A stretch of DNA of 48,853 bases from contig JAPEUG010000098.1 in the NCBI GenBank assembly GCA_026025795.1, positions 1 to 48,853 on the forward strand, given 5' to 3'. Made by a program: the position numbers and the translations under genes. Under the pieces are notes generated by a model. It had not been told where the DNA came from. It saw nothing but the letters and a program-made list of their open reading frames with translations, and did no database searches. This DNA comes from Thelocarpon superellum. Lineage: Eukaryota. Positions 10,602 to 21,648 of this stretch are shown here, piece by piece. Position 1 is the first letter of the stretch. Each line of letters opens with the position of its first letter.

Positions 10602-12138
10602 ATGGCCAATCGCGGCGTTGGTTCTTTTCGGTCCCGGGGTGGACGGGGTGGGACACTCTGGGGCCGCAGGGGTCTGGACGCTGTAGGCGACCGTGAGGGC
10701 GAGCCCGGGACCGCGACCGGTGGGTTTGCATTGCCGACCGGTCAACTGGTGCTGGAACTCCAGGCGTCGGCGATCCGGCCGAGAGATGAGAAGGCCCAGA
10801 TGTCCAAGTTCGAATGTCTAGCCTCCTACAACTGGCTCAGTCGTGATGAAGCTACGATTGTGGTTCCAGGTACGATCCTGTCACGCCCGTGCCGCTGTCA
10901 GCGCCGTCGCCGTCGATCGCGTGGTTGGGCGGGGGCCATTCCGGTTCTGATGTTAAACTTCCGGGCCAGGATCCCCGGCAAAGTGGGCTCCTCCCACGCC
11001 TCCGCGTAAACTGCCGCCGGACGCCGGACGCGTCTTTATCGACCAGAATGCCGCGCGTTCGCCCGCGTCGCCCATGGCGCCCATGTTCCTTGCCTTGTAC
11101 GAACAGCGTCCGGATTTGGTCCTGGACGAGGTCGATGTGGTCATCTGCCGCAATAGCATGAGCAAGCTGCTGGACTTTGTCTCCGGACGCGTCAAGGCGT
11201 GGGAGATGGAGGTCGAGATGGTCGGCGACAAGGCCGTCTTCGTCCGGAAGGAAGCTAGAGCGACGGAGATGATCGACGGCTTTCGCGGCTTCGGGCACAC
11301 CTTTCCGGAGGAGTATACCACGTGGGACCGTGACGTGCGAGGCTCTAGCTCCCACCACCGCGTCGCCCGATATGAGCTGGCAGGGTGGACCTACCTCGTC
11401 CGCTTTGAGTGCGCCGCGTATCTGCCAGAGAAGCTAGGTACGACCCGGCGTGCCTCGTTCCGCTCATCCCCCAACGCGGGTGGCGATGACCCGGCCGTGG
11501 CGTTGCGAGGCGCTGCGGATCTCATGACCATCGGAGAGCAAGAGCCGGGGACGGGCGGTGGTCTAGCGCTCCGGCGCTGTGGCCGCGCCATCGACCAAGG
11601 TGCGACGGTGGAGATCAAGACCCGCGCGGCCCATAAGCGGCTGGAGCTGAGCAGTGTGCTACCTCGTTTGTGGATCTCGCAGATCCCCAATCTCATCGTC
11701 GCCTATCACAAGGCGGGCCGATTTGATGAGGTACAAGTGTCGGAAATTCGCGCCGAGCTGGACGCGTGGGAAGCGGCGAATGGGGTGAATTTGAGCAAAC
11801 TCGATACGCTCATCCGGCGGATTGTCGAGACCATTGGGAATACGGTGGCAATGAAAGGGCGGATCTGCGTCACGCCGAATGGTACCTTACAGATCTACGC
11901 GCTGGACGTCGGTCATCCCAGCGTTCTCCCGGATGATCTCGCGCGCAAGCTGAGAGAGGATGGGGATGTCGGGTATGAGCGTGGGGAGCACTTGCGGGAT
12001 GCCTACGACGACGACGACGATCATTTTGATCGTGATGATTTTGGCGATGAGGAGGGGTCGCCCAAGGATTTCACCGCCTGCAGCTCCTCGGGCTGTGGCT
12101 TTTGCGGACACTGTGACTATGAGGACGACGACGACTAG
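10602..12138 (+). CDS. RAI1/DXO-like PD-(D/E)xK nuclease-fold protein, 478 aa, 2 exons (a family I recall being mislabelled 'geranylgeranyl pyrophosphate synthetase')
   Basis: Exons 10602-10869 and 10970-12138 join as LASYNWL..IVVPG|SPAKW..FIDQNAAR. Downstream motifs DVVICRNSMSKLL, GFGHTFPE, SHHRVARY, VRFECAAY, VEIKT and LWISQ follow RAI1/DXO motif order. RGG-rich N-terminus and C-terminal CSSSGCGFCGHC in an acidic tail. The gene model is firm; the fold assignment is by motif recognition. Confidence 0.75.
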
Positions 12139-12654
12139 TGGATGGCCGGATGCTCCACACCAGCGCCAGAGAATGTTATGGTTGTAGCACAGTTGACGGG
12201 CCCTTGCAGCGATCTTGCACATTCGTCCACTGTAACAGCATGTTGACGACCTATGGACTGGAGGAGACACACGCAGCCGACCGAGAACCTCAAGCGGTGG
12301 CATCACCGACTGGAAAGGCGAAAGCGCCGCCAGATGCTATCGATAAGTCGACAGATGATCCGCTAGACTGTATGGGGTTAGCTCGCACTAGGCCCAATCG
12401 ATCATGCTCCACCGTTCCTCCAGGCATCCTCGTTCGATGCTCGTGCGGTGTCGGTGCACGAGGACAGCAGTCACCATTATCACCAAGCTTGAGGCGTCGA
12501 TCCTATCGATCCTATCGTCCGTCATTTCTGTCAGTCGCTATTTGCATTCACTTATCCGCCCCCTCGATCGGCCACACCGCCCGCACCGTCGCTGCTGGTG
12601 AAGGCACATCGGTCCTCAACGAGCTGCTGCGACCGCAACGCTCGCCGTGTCACC

Positions 12655-15097
12655 ATGCAGTTCGCCCCATTTGCCTCGGATATTGAGCTCCCCTTTTACA
12701 CCTCGCTCGCGTCGCATAAGATTAACCATGACAAGCTCGACGACTCCGCCCGGCGGCTGCTCGGTCTCTACGAGGTTCGACCCAACGACGTACCGGAGGC
12801 AAGCTGTCGCATGCAGATCTTGGGCAACGCCTTGACCAGCGACGAGTACGTGCGCCGCATTCCCGTCCCATCTCCTCAAGCTCCGGAGCAAGTATGCTGA
12901 TCTCCAGTTGGATAGAGTCCTGGCCGGATGCTGTCGTGCGGAAGGGATCATCAAGAATGTCAATACCGTCGAGGAATACCGTAACATGGACAAGGCAGCC
13001 GTGCTGCAGCAAGCCGGACGGACGGTAAACCGCCGATACCATATCTCACCGATACGGCGAGACTGACACATATCACGCGTGGTAGATTTGGGATGCCATC
13101 ACCGACGGCACCATCTTCTCGTGCCCCTCGCTCCTCGCCTCCTTCTCGGTCATCTCGTACGCGGACCTCAAAAAATATCGATTCACCTACTGGTTTGCCT
13201 TCCCCGCCTTACATTCCGATCCCCCCTGGAAGCCCGATGCCCTGCCCGAGGGGGAACCGCCGGCACGCTTGTCAAACCAGGAGACCGCGAGCCTAGTGGA
13301 GAAGGTGCAGACGTGGCGCTACAGCGTTGATGCACGTCAGCATGGCTTTTTTCTGGCCAAGAAGGTTCGCGCATCCAAGGAGGCCTCGCGCGAGCTAGGT
13401 GCGTCTCCGCCGGGATCCGACGAGGCCCGAGACAAGACGACGCCGACGACGCCAAGCACGCCGGGCCAAGCGCTCAGCTTCACGTGGAACGTGTCCACAT
13501 TGGCGGCATTTGAGCAGGGCTTCGCCGAGGGCGTCGACCCCCAAGACTTCTTTGTGGCCTTTGCCGATCCGTCCACCTACCCGCAGCACCCAGGATGGAT
13601 GTTGCGCAATCTGCTGGTCCTGATCCGACAGCGCTGGGGACTGGATCGGGTCCAGGTCTTGTGCTACCGCGATGTGCAATCCCGACGCGACGAGGCGCGC
13701 AGCATCATTCTCAGCTTCTCGTCGGATCCGCCCGCGTCCGCGTCCACGGCCAGCTCGACGCCACCCCCCATGCCCAAGGTCACGGGCTGGGAGCGGAACA
13801 AGGATCGGAAGTTGGGCAGCAAAACGGCCAATCTGGCGGAGTATCTGGATCCACAACGGTACGCGGGATGTGTTCTATCGGATCACATTCGTGATGTGCT
13901 GACCGCGTCATCAGATTGGCCGATCAATCGGTCGACCTCAACCTCAAACTCATGAGATGGCGGATCGCGCCAGATCTGGATCTTGACAAGATCAAGAACA
14001 CCAGGTGTTTATTACTCGGCGCCGGCACGCTCGGCAGCTATGTGGCGCGGAATCTACTGGTGAGGAATCGGCGCACAGAATGACGTCGAGAAGGAGTGCT
14101 GATGACACAGGGCTGGGGCGTACGAAAAATCACCTTTGTCGACAACGCGACGGTCTCCTTTTCCAACCCGGTACGACAGCCGCTGTTCGACTTCAAGGAC
14201 TGCTTGGCGGGCGGCGCCAAGAAGGCCTTTCGGGCCGCCGAGGCCCTGACGGAGATTTACCCGGGAGTGGACTCGGCGGGGCACGTCCTGTCGGTGCCGA
14301 TGGCCGGGCACCCGATCACGGACGAAGCCAAGACCAAGGCGGAGTTTGAGACGCTCCAGCAACTGGTCGCGGATCACGACGTCATCTTCCTGCTCATGGA
14401 CACGCGCGAGAGTCGCTGGCTACCAACGGTCATGGGCAAAGCGGCGGGCAAAATCGTGATGAATGCCGCGCTGGGCTTCGACAGCTACGTGGTGATGCGG
14501 CACGGGGTGAAGAACACCGCGGCGCCGGAGGAGGAACTGGGCTGTTATTTCTGCAACGACGTCGTGGCACCTGCCGACGTACGTTGAGCCTCCCTCCCTG
14601 AATTCGCCCACATGGTCGCTGACGTGTCCTCCCAGTCCATCAAAGACCAGACGCTGGACCAGCAGTGCACCGTAACGCGACCCGGCATCGCGGCCATCGC
14701 ATCCGCATTACTCGTGGAACTCTTCGTCTCCATCCTGCAGCACCGGCTCGGCCCGCTCGCACCGGCCCCCACGTCGCCGCATGAGGACCGCGGCAGGCAC
14801 CCACTGGGAATCATACCACATCAGATCCGGGGCTTCCTCGCCTCCTTCCAGAACATGCTCATCCAAGGCCGCAGCTACGACTGCTGCAGTGCCTGCTCTG
14901 ACCGGATCGTGGATGCCTATCGGACCGACGGATGGGCGTTTGTGAAACGCGCGCTTAACGAGAAGGGCTATGTTGAGGAACTGTCGGGCCTGGCGGAGGT
15001 GCAGAAGGCAGCGGAAAAGGCGGCGGCCGATGTCGAGTGGGATGATGAAGGCGGGATTTTGGCGGGCGAAGACGAGGGCGAGGGGGAGTTGATCTAG
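12655..15097 (+). CDS. ATG7: Autophagy E1-like enzyme Atg7
   Basis: Exons 12655-12845, 12916-13024, 13086-13858, 13915-14059, 14111-14578 and 14636-15097. Motifs: [55 protein letters not shown], and the catalytic [12 protein letters not shown]. Confidence 0.97.
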
Positions 15098-16249
15098 ACG
15101 GACCACGCAATAAGTTACGCTATCTACACTGTCTTGTTGTTGGCGATAATCTTCACGGTGGATATTGGAGATGGATCTGAAGCTGCATATCTTGGCCTAT
15201 GCGACGTGCTTTTCTCCCCTTTTTCCTTTCTCGGAATCCACGATAGCTCGATCCTCATACACATGTATGTCACATGCTCGGTCACCTGACGATGTAACGG
15301 CCGTCCAGGTCCAAGATCGCTACTGTGGAGGCTCTATACAGGAGCTCGAAACTTCTGACTAAGCTGTCGCACGTGACCCACTGTAGCTGTATATTAGAAC
15401 GACGAATAGCTTCCGTAGAGTAGACCATCCATCTCCAGTCTACCAGTGGTTTTCGGGGTGCGTCACTACCATACTTAGTTCAGCCTCTTTTACCAGAGGC
15501 ATGTCCTCTGCGTTCCTCACCAGCCCACGCCTCGGCGCGGTAAAGGGCAACTAATTCGCAGGTGGGAGCCTGTGGATAACCCTCTGCCATAATCGGCTGC
15601 CCCATTTATGCTCGCGGCAAAGTGCATCGCGGAGCATACCATGCACGGTATTGCTCTCGTTCAAATAGCACTCGTGCTATCATATACCCCAGTTACCCGG
15701 TATATAGAGTCTGTCTGTTTCCTCAGGCAGTCAAGCCCCACTGGACTCCCCGCCATGTCCCCACCCTTTGGCCAATCATGCTATCCTCGCGATGAGCCGC
15801 ACCGCTCAATCGCTGCATCGTGACACCGCCGCCGCCGACGCCGCCTTCCAGATGAAGTACGGACAGCGGTAGATGGCAAGCCTCCAATTGGAGGTTTTAA
15901 TGAGCGGTGAAACCCTGGTGGTGCCCCCTGTGGGGGTTATCCTCCCCCACACATCTGTCGTTCGCGTCCTAGCTTGCCTCACATGAGATGGCGCACGCAC
16001 GCACGCGCTTGGATATGTGACGAAAGCCGGAAGGGAGGTGGTAGATCGAAGGTGGGATTGGATCAGCCATGGCGAAAGGGGAGAAACAGAGGAGAGAAGG
16101 GCGAGGTTCGGCGGTTATCTAGGTACATATGCAGCTGGTCTGGCCCTTCTCACTCTCTTTCTCTACGATCTCTGCTACATCCGTCACAATCCCAGCGTCT
16201 GTCTATTCTCACCCCACACCAAACGTCCCGTTCACGTCAACGATTCAGC

Positions 16250-16718
16250 ATGAAGCTGTCAACCATCTCCTTCCAAGGTAAAGCACCCCCCACACATCAA
16301 ATCCCACAGCTATCCAACCACCCCTCCACTCCTCACCTCCGACCCGGTGGACCAGGAGAGGAGAGGCGAGAGAGGGAGAAAAGTCCGAAGGACGCGAATC
16401 TGCATGTTGCTCCCATTTGCCCATGATTCCCATCATTATACTGGTCCAACTAACTCGTCTCTCTCCATAGGCCCCCTCATTGTCGTGACGATTCCAGGCC
16501 TCATGGCCATGCCCACGTCGCCGGCCGACCCCAGCGACACGGTCGGACTGCAGAGACTGTTCAACAACGGCAAGTTCCTGGCCTGCATCGCCGACCTCGA
16601 GTACACCCCCGAGTGCATCCTGGCCATCTCGTATAACGCCGATGGCACGTGGCAGTTCCGGAACAGCTTGGCTTCCGCCCTCGTGGGCGAGAAGTGCAAC
16701 CAGTGCCAGTGCCTATGA
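16250..16718 (+). CDS. Small Cys-containing, possibly secreted protein (91 aa, 2 exons)
   Basis: Exon 16250-16277, intron 16278-16470 (GTAAAG...CTAAC...TAG), exon 16471-16718. Product: MKLSTISFQGPLIVVTIPGLMAMPTSPADPSDTVGLQRLFNNGKFLACIADLEYTPECILAISYNADGTWQFRNSLASALVGEKCNQCQCL. Exon 2 codons are strongly C/G-ending, like the neighbouring genes. Confidence 0.55.
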
Positions 16719-16991
16719 GTAGCTGCGCGACACTAGGCAGTGAATGATGAGGTGAGGTGGGGAGAAAGCAAGGAGACTGGACGACGGAGGAGGTGGTGGT
16801 AGTGCGATGTGGACTATCTGGCTCATGCATTTGGTGTGGAGCAGATCATTGGATGAAATGAATGACGATTTATACCCCTTCTACCACGTCAAGACCGCGA
16901 ATGCATCCGCCAAGCTGTCTTCGAAGGATACGGCTCTCTGCTTCTCTCCAATCGTGTCCAAGAAGCGAGGCACAGGGCGGCCGCTCGCTAA

Positions 16992-18096
16992 TCAAGACAA
17001 AGACGTGACCCCTGGCCGGATAGCATCCAGCTTCTGCTTCAGCTCCACCCAAAACCGATTCTGCAGCTCCGCCCCCGTCTCACCCTTGGTGAGTCCCGCA
17101 GTGGGCGTGATCTTGCAATCCGGTAGGTATTGGCCATGGGACTCCGGTCCGACGCTGGCGCCGTGCACGAGCGTGCGCGCACCAACCTCCGTTGGGCGGG
17201 CCAGGATCTTGATCGCGAGACGCGCGGCGCTGCTATTGTGTTCGCGGTGGAGTTCGCTATGGCAGAAGCTAGAAGCGGTAAAGGCTCAGCATTGAATTCA
17301 AAGGCTGCTGCCCACGTGCAGCTTGGATGTCCGCGCGGGGAAGTGGCAGATTGGGTTCCCTTCCTCACTAGGGCAGGCGTTCTTACCCGGGGGCCACACA
17401 GTTGACGATGACCCCGAACCCGCTGGAATCGAGAGGGGACAGGCCGGCGAGTTGCTTCGTGACAAAGAGCGCGAGCAGCTTCGAGACGTTGTAGCGGTCG
17501 AACATGTTGGACTTGCTTTTGTCGTTAAGGGTCGCAAAGAGTTGGCCGGTCGGCGCTTTGCGTTCCTTGAACTTGGCCACCTCGTAGAGCTCCGAGCCGG
17601 TGACGGTGAGGTGAGTTTGCGTGTTGTATCTCTCTGCCGTCTCGCGGAGCCTCGGGATGAGGAGAAAGGCGAGCAGGGACATGGAGACAACATTGGTGGT
17701 GATGGTCTCTTCGTTGTCTTCGGTCTGTCGGAACTTTGTCGTCCCAACCCCAGCATTGGCGATGAGCACGTCGACGCGGGGCAGTGCAGCCTTGACTCGG
17801 TCGGCAAAGGAGTGGACCGAAGCGTAGGAGCTCATGTCGAGCTCCCACACCTCGAGGGTGCCGGATGAGCATGCAGTCGTTGCTTGGATGTCCGCGGCCG
17901 CCACCTTGGCCTTCTCCACATTGCGACAAGCTAGAATGACCTGCGATGCTCCGAGACGCACCAGCCAGCGGCAGGCTTCCAGACCTAGCCCTGAGCTGGC
18001 ACCTGTGACGATGACCGTTTGGCCCTGGAAGGAGGCCTTCGGGACAGGCGGTTCGTAGATGAATTGACGGTGGATGAAAGCCGCGAAGAAAGACAT
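16992..18096 (-). CDS. Short-chain dehydrogenase/reductase (retinol dehydrogenase-like)
   Basis: Exons 18096-17387 and 17268-16992. TGASSGLG Rossmann motif, NAG, catalytic YNVSK, and VNCVAPG|FCHSELHR across the splice. Confidence 0.93.
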
Positions 18097-18621
18097 GTTG
18101 GGCAGCACCGCTCCTCAGCAAAATAACTCAGATTTGTTTTTGATGTTCCCGGATGGTCTGTGGCGTGCTTGTCTCGTTAGAGAGCAGAAGGAGAGGAGAC
18201 GTGTGCCACCAGCCATGACTCGACGATTTATATACATCTGCCGGAGCGCCCCTCGAAAGAGCGCCCCTTGAAATGCACTCACGCCGTTGTGAGACTACCA
18301 GGAGAGCTCCCGGTAGACCTGGACAGGTAAACGAGCAGAGGCGAGGCGAGTCCCAAAGAGGTAAACGAGCCCGTGAACATAGCGCCACGAGGTGGGGCAC
18401 CAGGGCGATGACAGCCGCACTCGGGATTGGTTGGCACTGGGACAAGCCGTCGCTCCAATTGCCGGCGTCAACGCCATGCATTAGGCCCGTCGGAAGCATT
18501 CCTCAAGTCGGGCCACTTCCACCCCGAGCTATGGCCATCACCCGCCGTCGAGGGCCTCTTTTGATTAGGAGGGCGACCCGGATCCTGGACACGCGATGGA
18601 CGAGACGATGCCAGGACCGCG

Positions 18622-19995
18622 ATGACCGCGATGATGGACGGCAAGGCCGCGTTTCGAGTCCTGTCGCTCAATGACGCTGATCCGAGGGTCCGCGAGTACA
18701 AGAAGCGCAAGGTGCACGAAAAGACAAAGTCCGGCTGCCTCCCATGCAAGGCGAAGAGAGTCAAGGTCTGTCGGTAGCTTGCAGGAAGCCTCATGCTCTC
18801 CCACAGCAAAGCTGACATCTGACAGTGCGACGAGTCGAGACCGGTCTGTGTTCGGTGTCGACGAAATAGCAGGCAGTGTGCGTATGGCCGGCCGAGCAAC
18901 GATGGGCAGCAATTGGGTCCATCGATCCCGGTCGCTGATCTGAGCAGCGCTGGTAGCCCCTCAGTCCTCAGTGCCGTCACCGTCGTCCCTTTCTCCTCGC
19001 CCAGCGCCAAGAATGGCACGTCCAGCATGATTCTCATGCAGCATTTCCAGAGACACTGGACCGAGATATTCCACATGCCCCGCATCGACGAGATCGTCTC
19101 GCTGTCCAAGTCCCACCCGCTCGTGCGCAACACCATCCTGGCCATCACGGCATGCCACCTCCGGCACGTCTCGCCGGGGATGGTGCAGCATCGAATCGCC
19201 GAGCATTTCCAGCAGTCCCTCGTGCTCCAGGACTTTCAGAGGGCCCTGGACACGCCCCTGCAGAAGCTGGGCCAGTCCGGCGTGGACGCCCTGCTGCTCA
19301 GCGCGGCGCTGCTGAACATTCTCGCCTTTGCCCTCCCAAATGCCGAGACTGCCGGCGGCGGAGACGAACTGGACACGAACGCGTCGTGGGTCTTCAGCCC
19401 ACGCGAGGACCGGCTGGGCTGGCTGGCGCTGCAGACGGGCCTCAAGTATCTGCTCAAATCCACCGCGGCATATCTCGACAAGACCCTGAACTTCCTGGGC
19501 CCGATCTTCCTCGGCGCCGAGAGGGGCAGCTGGGCGTTTGGCGGGACGAGCCCGGGTCTGGAAGGGGTACCAGAGAGGTGGATCAAGATCTTCGAGCTCG
19601 ACGACGCCGGCGGCGTGTGTGACTGCGAGACAGCGGGCTCAGCCGATGTGTTCCGCCCGCCCGTCACGGTCCTGGCAATGCTTCGAGAGCTCGAGCCTGT
19701 CCACGCAAATATCTTTAAGAACCTCCAATTCCTGGGGAAAGTGCAGCGGGACTTTCGCGCCTTGCTCTACGACCGAGACGAGAGGGCATTGTGGCTGTTC
19801 GGGTACTGGCTTGGGCTCATGTGTCGCTTCGAGGGCATGTGGTGGTCTGACCAGCGCGTGCGGAGAGATCACAAGGCCATTGGCATCTGGCTTGAGCAGC
19901 TCCATCTTCCTAAACGGCCTGGGATCGAGGGTGACATGTGGAGGGAGATGATGAAGGAGCTTGAGTCGGCGCCGGTCTTTGATCGTCGCATTTGA
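18622..19995 (+). CDS. Zn(II)2Cys6 transcription factor (Upc2/Ecm22-like architecture)
   Basis: Exons 18622-18765 and 18826-19995 join the cluster SGCLPCKAKRVK|CDESRPVCVRCRRNSRQCAY. The C-terminal domain has ILAITACHL, DALL and LWLFGYW..WW. Divergent from the SDR. Start could be 18622, 18631 or 18634. Confidence 0.9.
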
Positions 19996-20051
19996 AGGAG
20001 GAACCCTCGAAGATAGGCTTCGGATATGATCTACACCTGTCATCGACCTCC

Positions 20052-21418
20052 CTACCACCCCACCCATACATGTTCCTTGATGACCCCCGCGCGTCGACGA
20101 AGAGCCACTAGATATGCTTCTTTGGAGTCCTGTGTCCAGTTACCGTCAGTCCCGGCTCGACCCACCCAGTCTCTTTCCCGCCTCTCCCCCACTCGTCAAC
20201 GGAACGGGGAAGAGGAACGGAGAAAGGAACCACACACCTGATACGACACCGTCCCCTTGAAGCGATGGACGGCATGGAACAGCAACCGTAGTCGGTCTTC
20301 CAACACGCGATCTTCCGTCCCCGGGTAGAACTTACATACGAAATGACCGCCGCTGAGCAGGCTGTCGTAGGCAAATTGGAGCGCCGCGTCGCATAGGTCC
20401 TGTGTTTCTTTCCTCAGCACGGATTCTCTACTGGAGGTGGGCACGGGAACGGAACATGAGTGGTAGTGAGAAAAGGGAGAGAAATGACCCACCATGCTCC
20501 CCGCGTGATCCCGAAACTTCATCCCGCTCGTATTCATCATCCTAAAGTATGGCTCTCTCAGACTTCTGTGCCAGAACCCGGACGTCTGAGGCCAGGGCGC
20601 GCACATATCGCTGAGGACCACATCCACCGTCTTGCCTTCCTTGCCTTCGCGCACGCGGCGCCTGTGCTCGCGCTCGTGCTCTTCTTCGGACCGTGTGCGC
20701 GAGGGAGCGGAGCCCAGTTGCCCGGGTTCGTCCTCGCCCAAGACCTCTTCGTCACTCAGGCCGTCCTCGTCCGACACCACCGGGGATCTCTTCGGCCGGC
20801 CATTGTCAGGGTCGTGGAGGAATCGCTTCACTTCTTCCCGGATGCCAGGCGACAGGAAGTTGCCCTGGATAGTGGAGACACCGGCCGGAGGTTGGGCGGG
20901 GATGATGTCGATCCCCAGTACTCGTCCGTGGGGCTTGACGCGGTCGATGGCCACCTGTGACCACGATCCAGGTGCGTATCCCTATATGACGCCTGCACTC
21001 AGCAACATCTCCTCGGAGCTCGGAGAGATACATTCCATACCAAGTCCACCACCGTCTGGCCCTTGCGGAAGATCTTGTACTTGTCGTCCATCTACACATG
21101 AGCCGGTCAGCCAGTCTGACGCACGCGTCCACGCCCGATCGTAGATGGCTATCCTACCTCCAACAGCTTGAAGGCCGCCCGACTCCTCAATCCCATGACC
21201 TTGGCCGCACGCGAATATTGGTCTCGTCGTTTGCGAGACGTCCATTGCTGCGAGGAGGACGAGGACGACCGTCGTGTTGGGGAGGTGATTGAGGGTGTGG
21301 ATGGAGCCTTTCGCGGTCTGGCCCGGCTGAGATGTAGGCACTGACCACGCCCGACCACAGCCGCACTGTCCCAGAGAGGAGCCCAGGCTAGAGTGCGCAA
21401 TTGGGCGGCGGTGAGCAT
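20052..21418 (-). CDS. MRM2: Mitochondrial rRNA 2'-O-methyltransferase (FtsJ/RlmE family)
   Basis: RSRAAFKLLE, VVDLGYAPGSWSQVA, VLGIDI, IQGNFL, DVVLSDM, FVCKFY, and a last exon DSKEAYLVALRR. Arg/Ser-rich presequence-like N-terminus; several introns. Confidence 0.9.
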
Positions 21419-21648
21419 GTTGATGACCAGGACATGAAGCTCGAGCAGAATCGCGTCGCGAGCTGGGACGTGATGGCGTCGTCAGTCACGAGTTGCGAGC
21501 CGGCAAATCGCCGCCCACGTACGATGTACCACGTCCGTGCCTCGACCTCCTACACTCCACCATGACTGGCTGCCTGCTGACGTCCCACTCTAGATGCCGG
21601 ACGGCTGCTTAGATGCACGAGATAAGCGACTTGATCATTGTATGAAGC

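Noticed and set aside
9837..11009. 390-aa plus-strand ORF spanning the helicase start and the shared promoter
   Set aside because: Only its last part (from ATG 10602) is exon 1 of the nuclease-fold gene. The rest is antisense or intergenic open frame, as expected in GC-rich DNA.
12655..15097. ATG7 as a member of the putative defence module (E1-like enzyme beside helicase and RING)
   Set aside because: It is a canonical full-length core autophagy gene, so adjacency most simply marks the island boundary. Only recurrent linkage in other genomes would change this.
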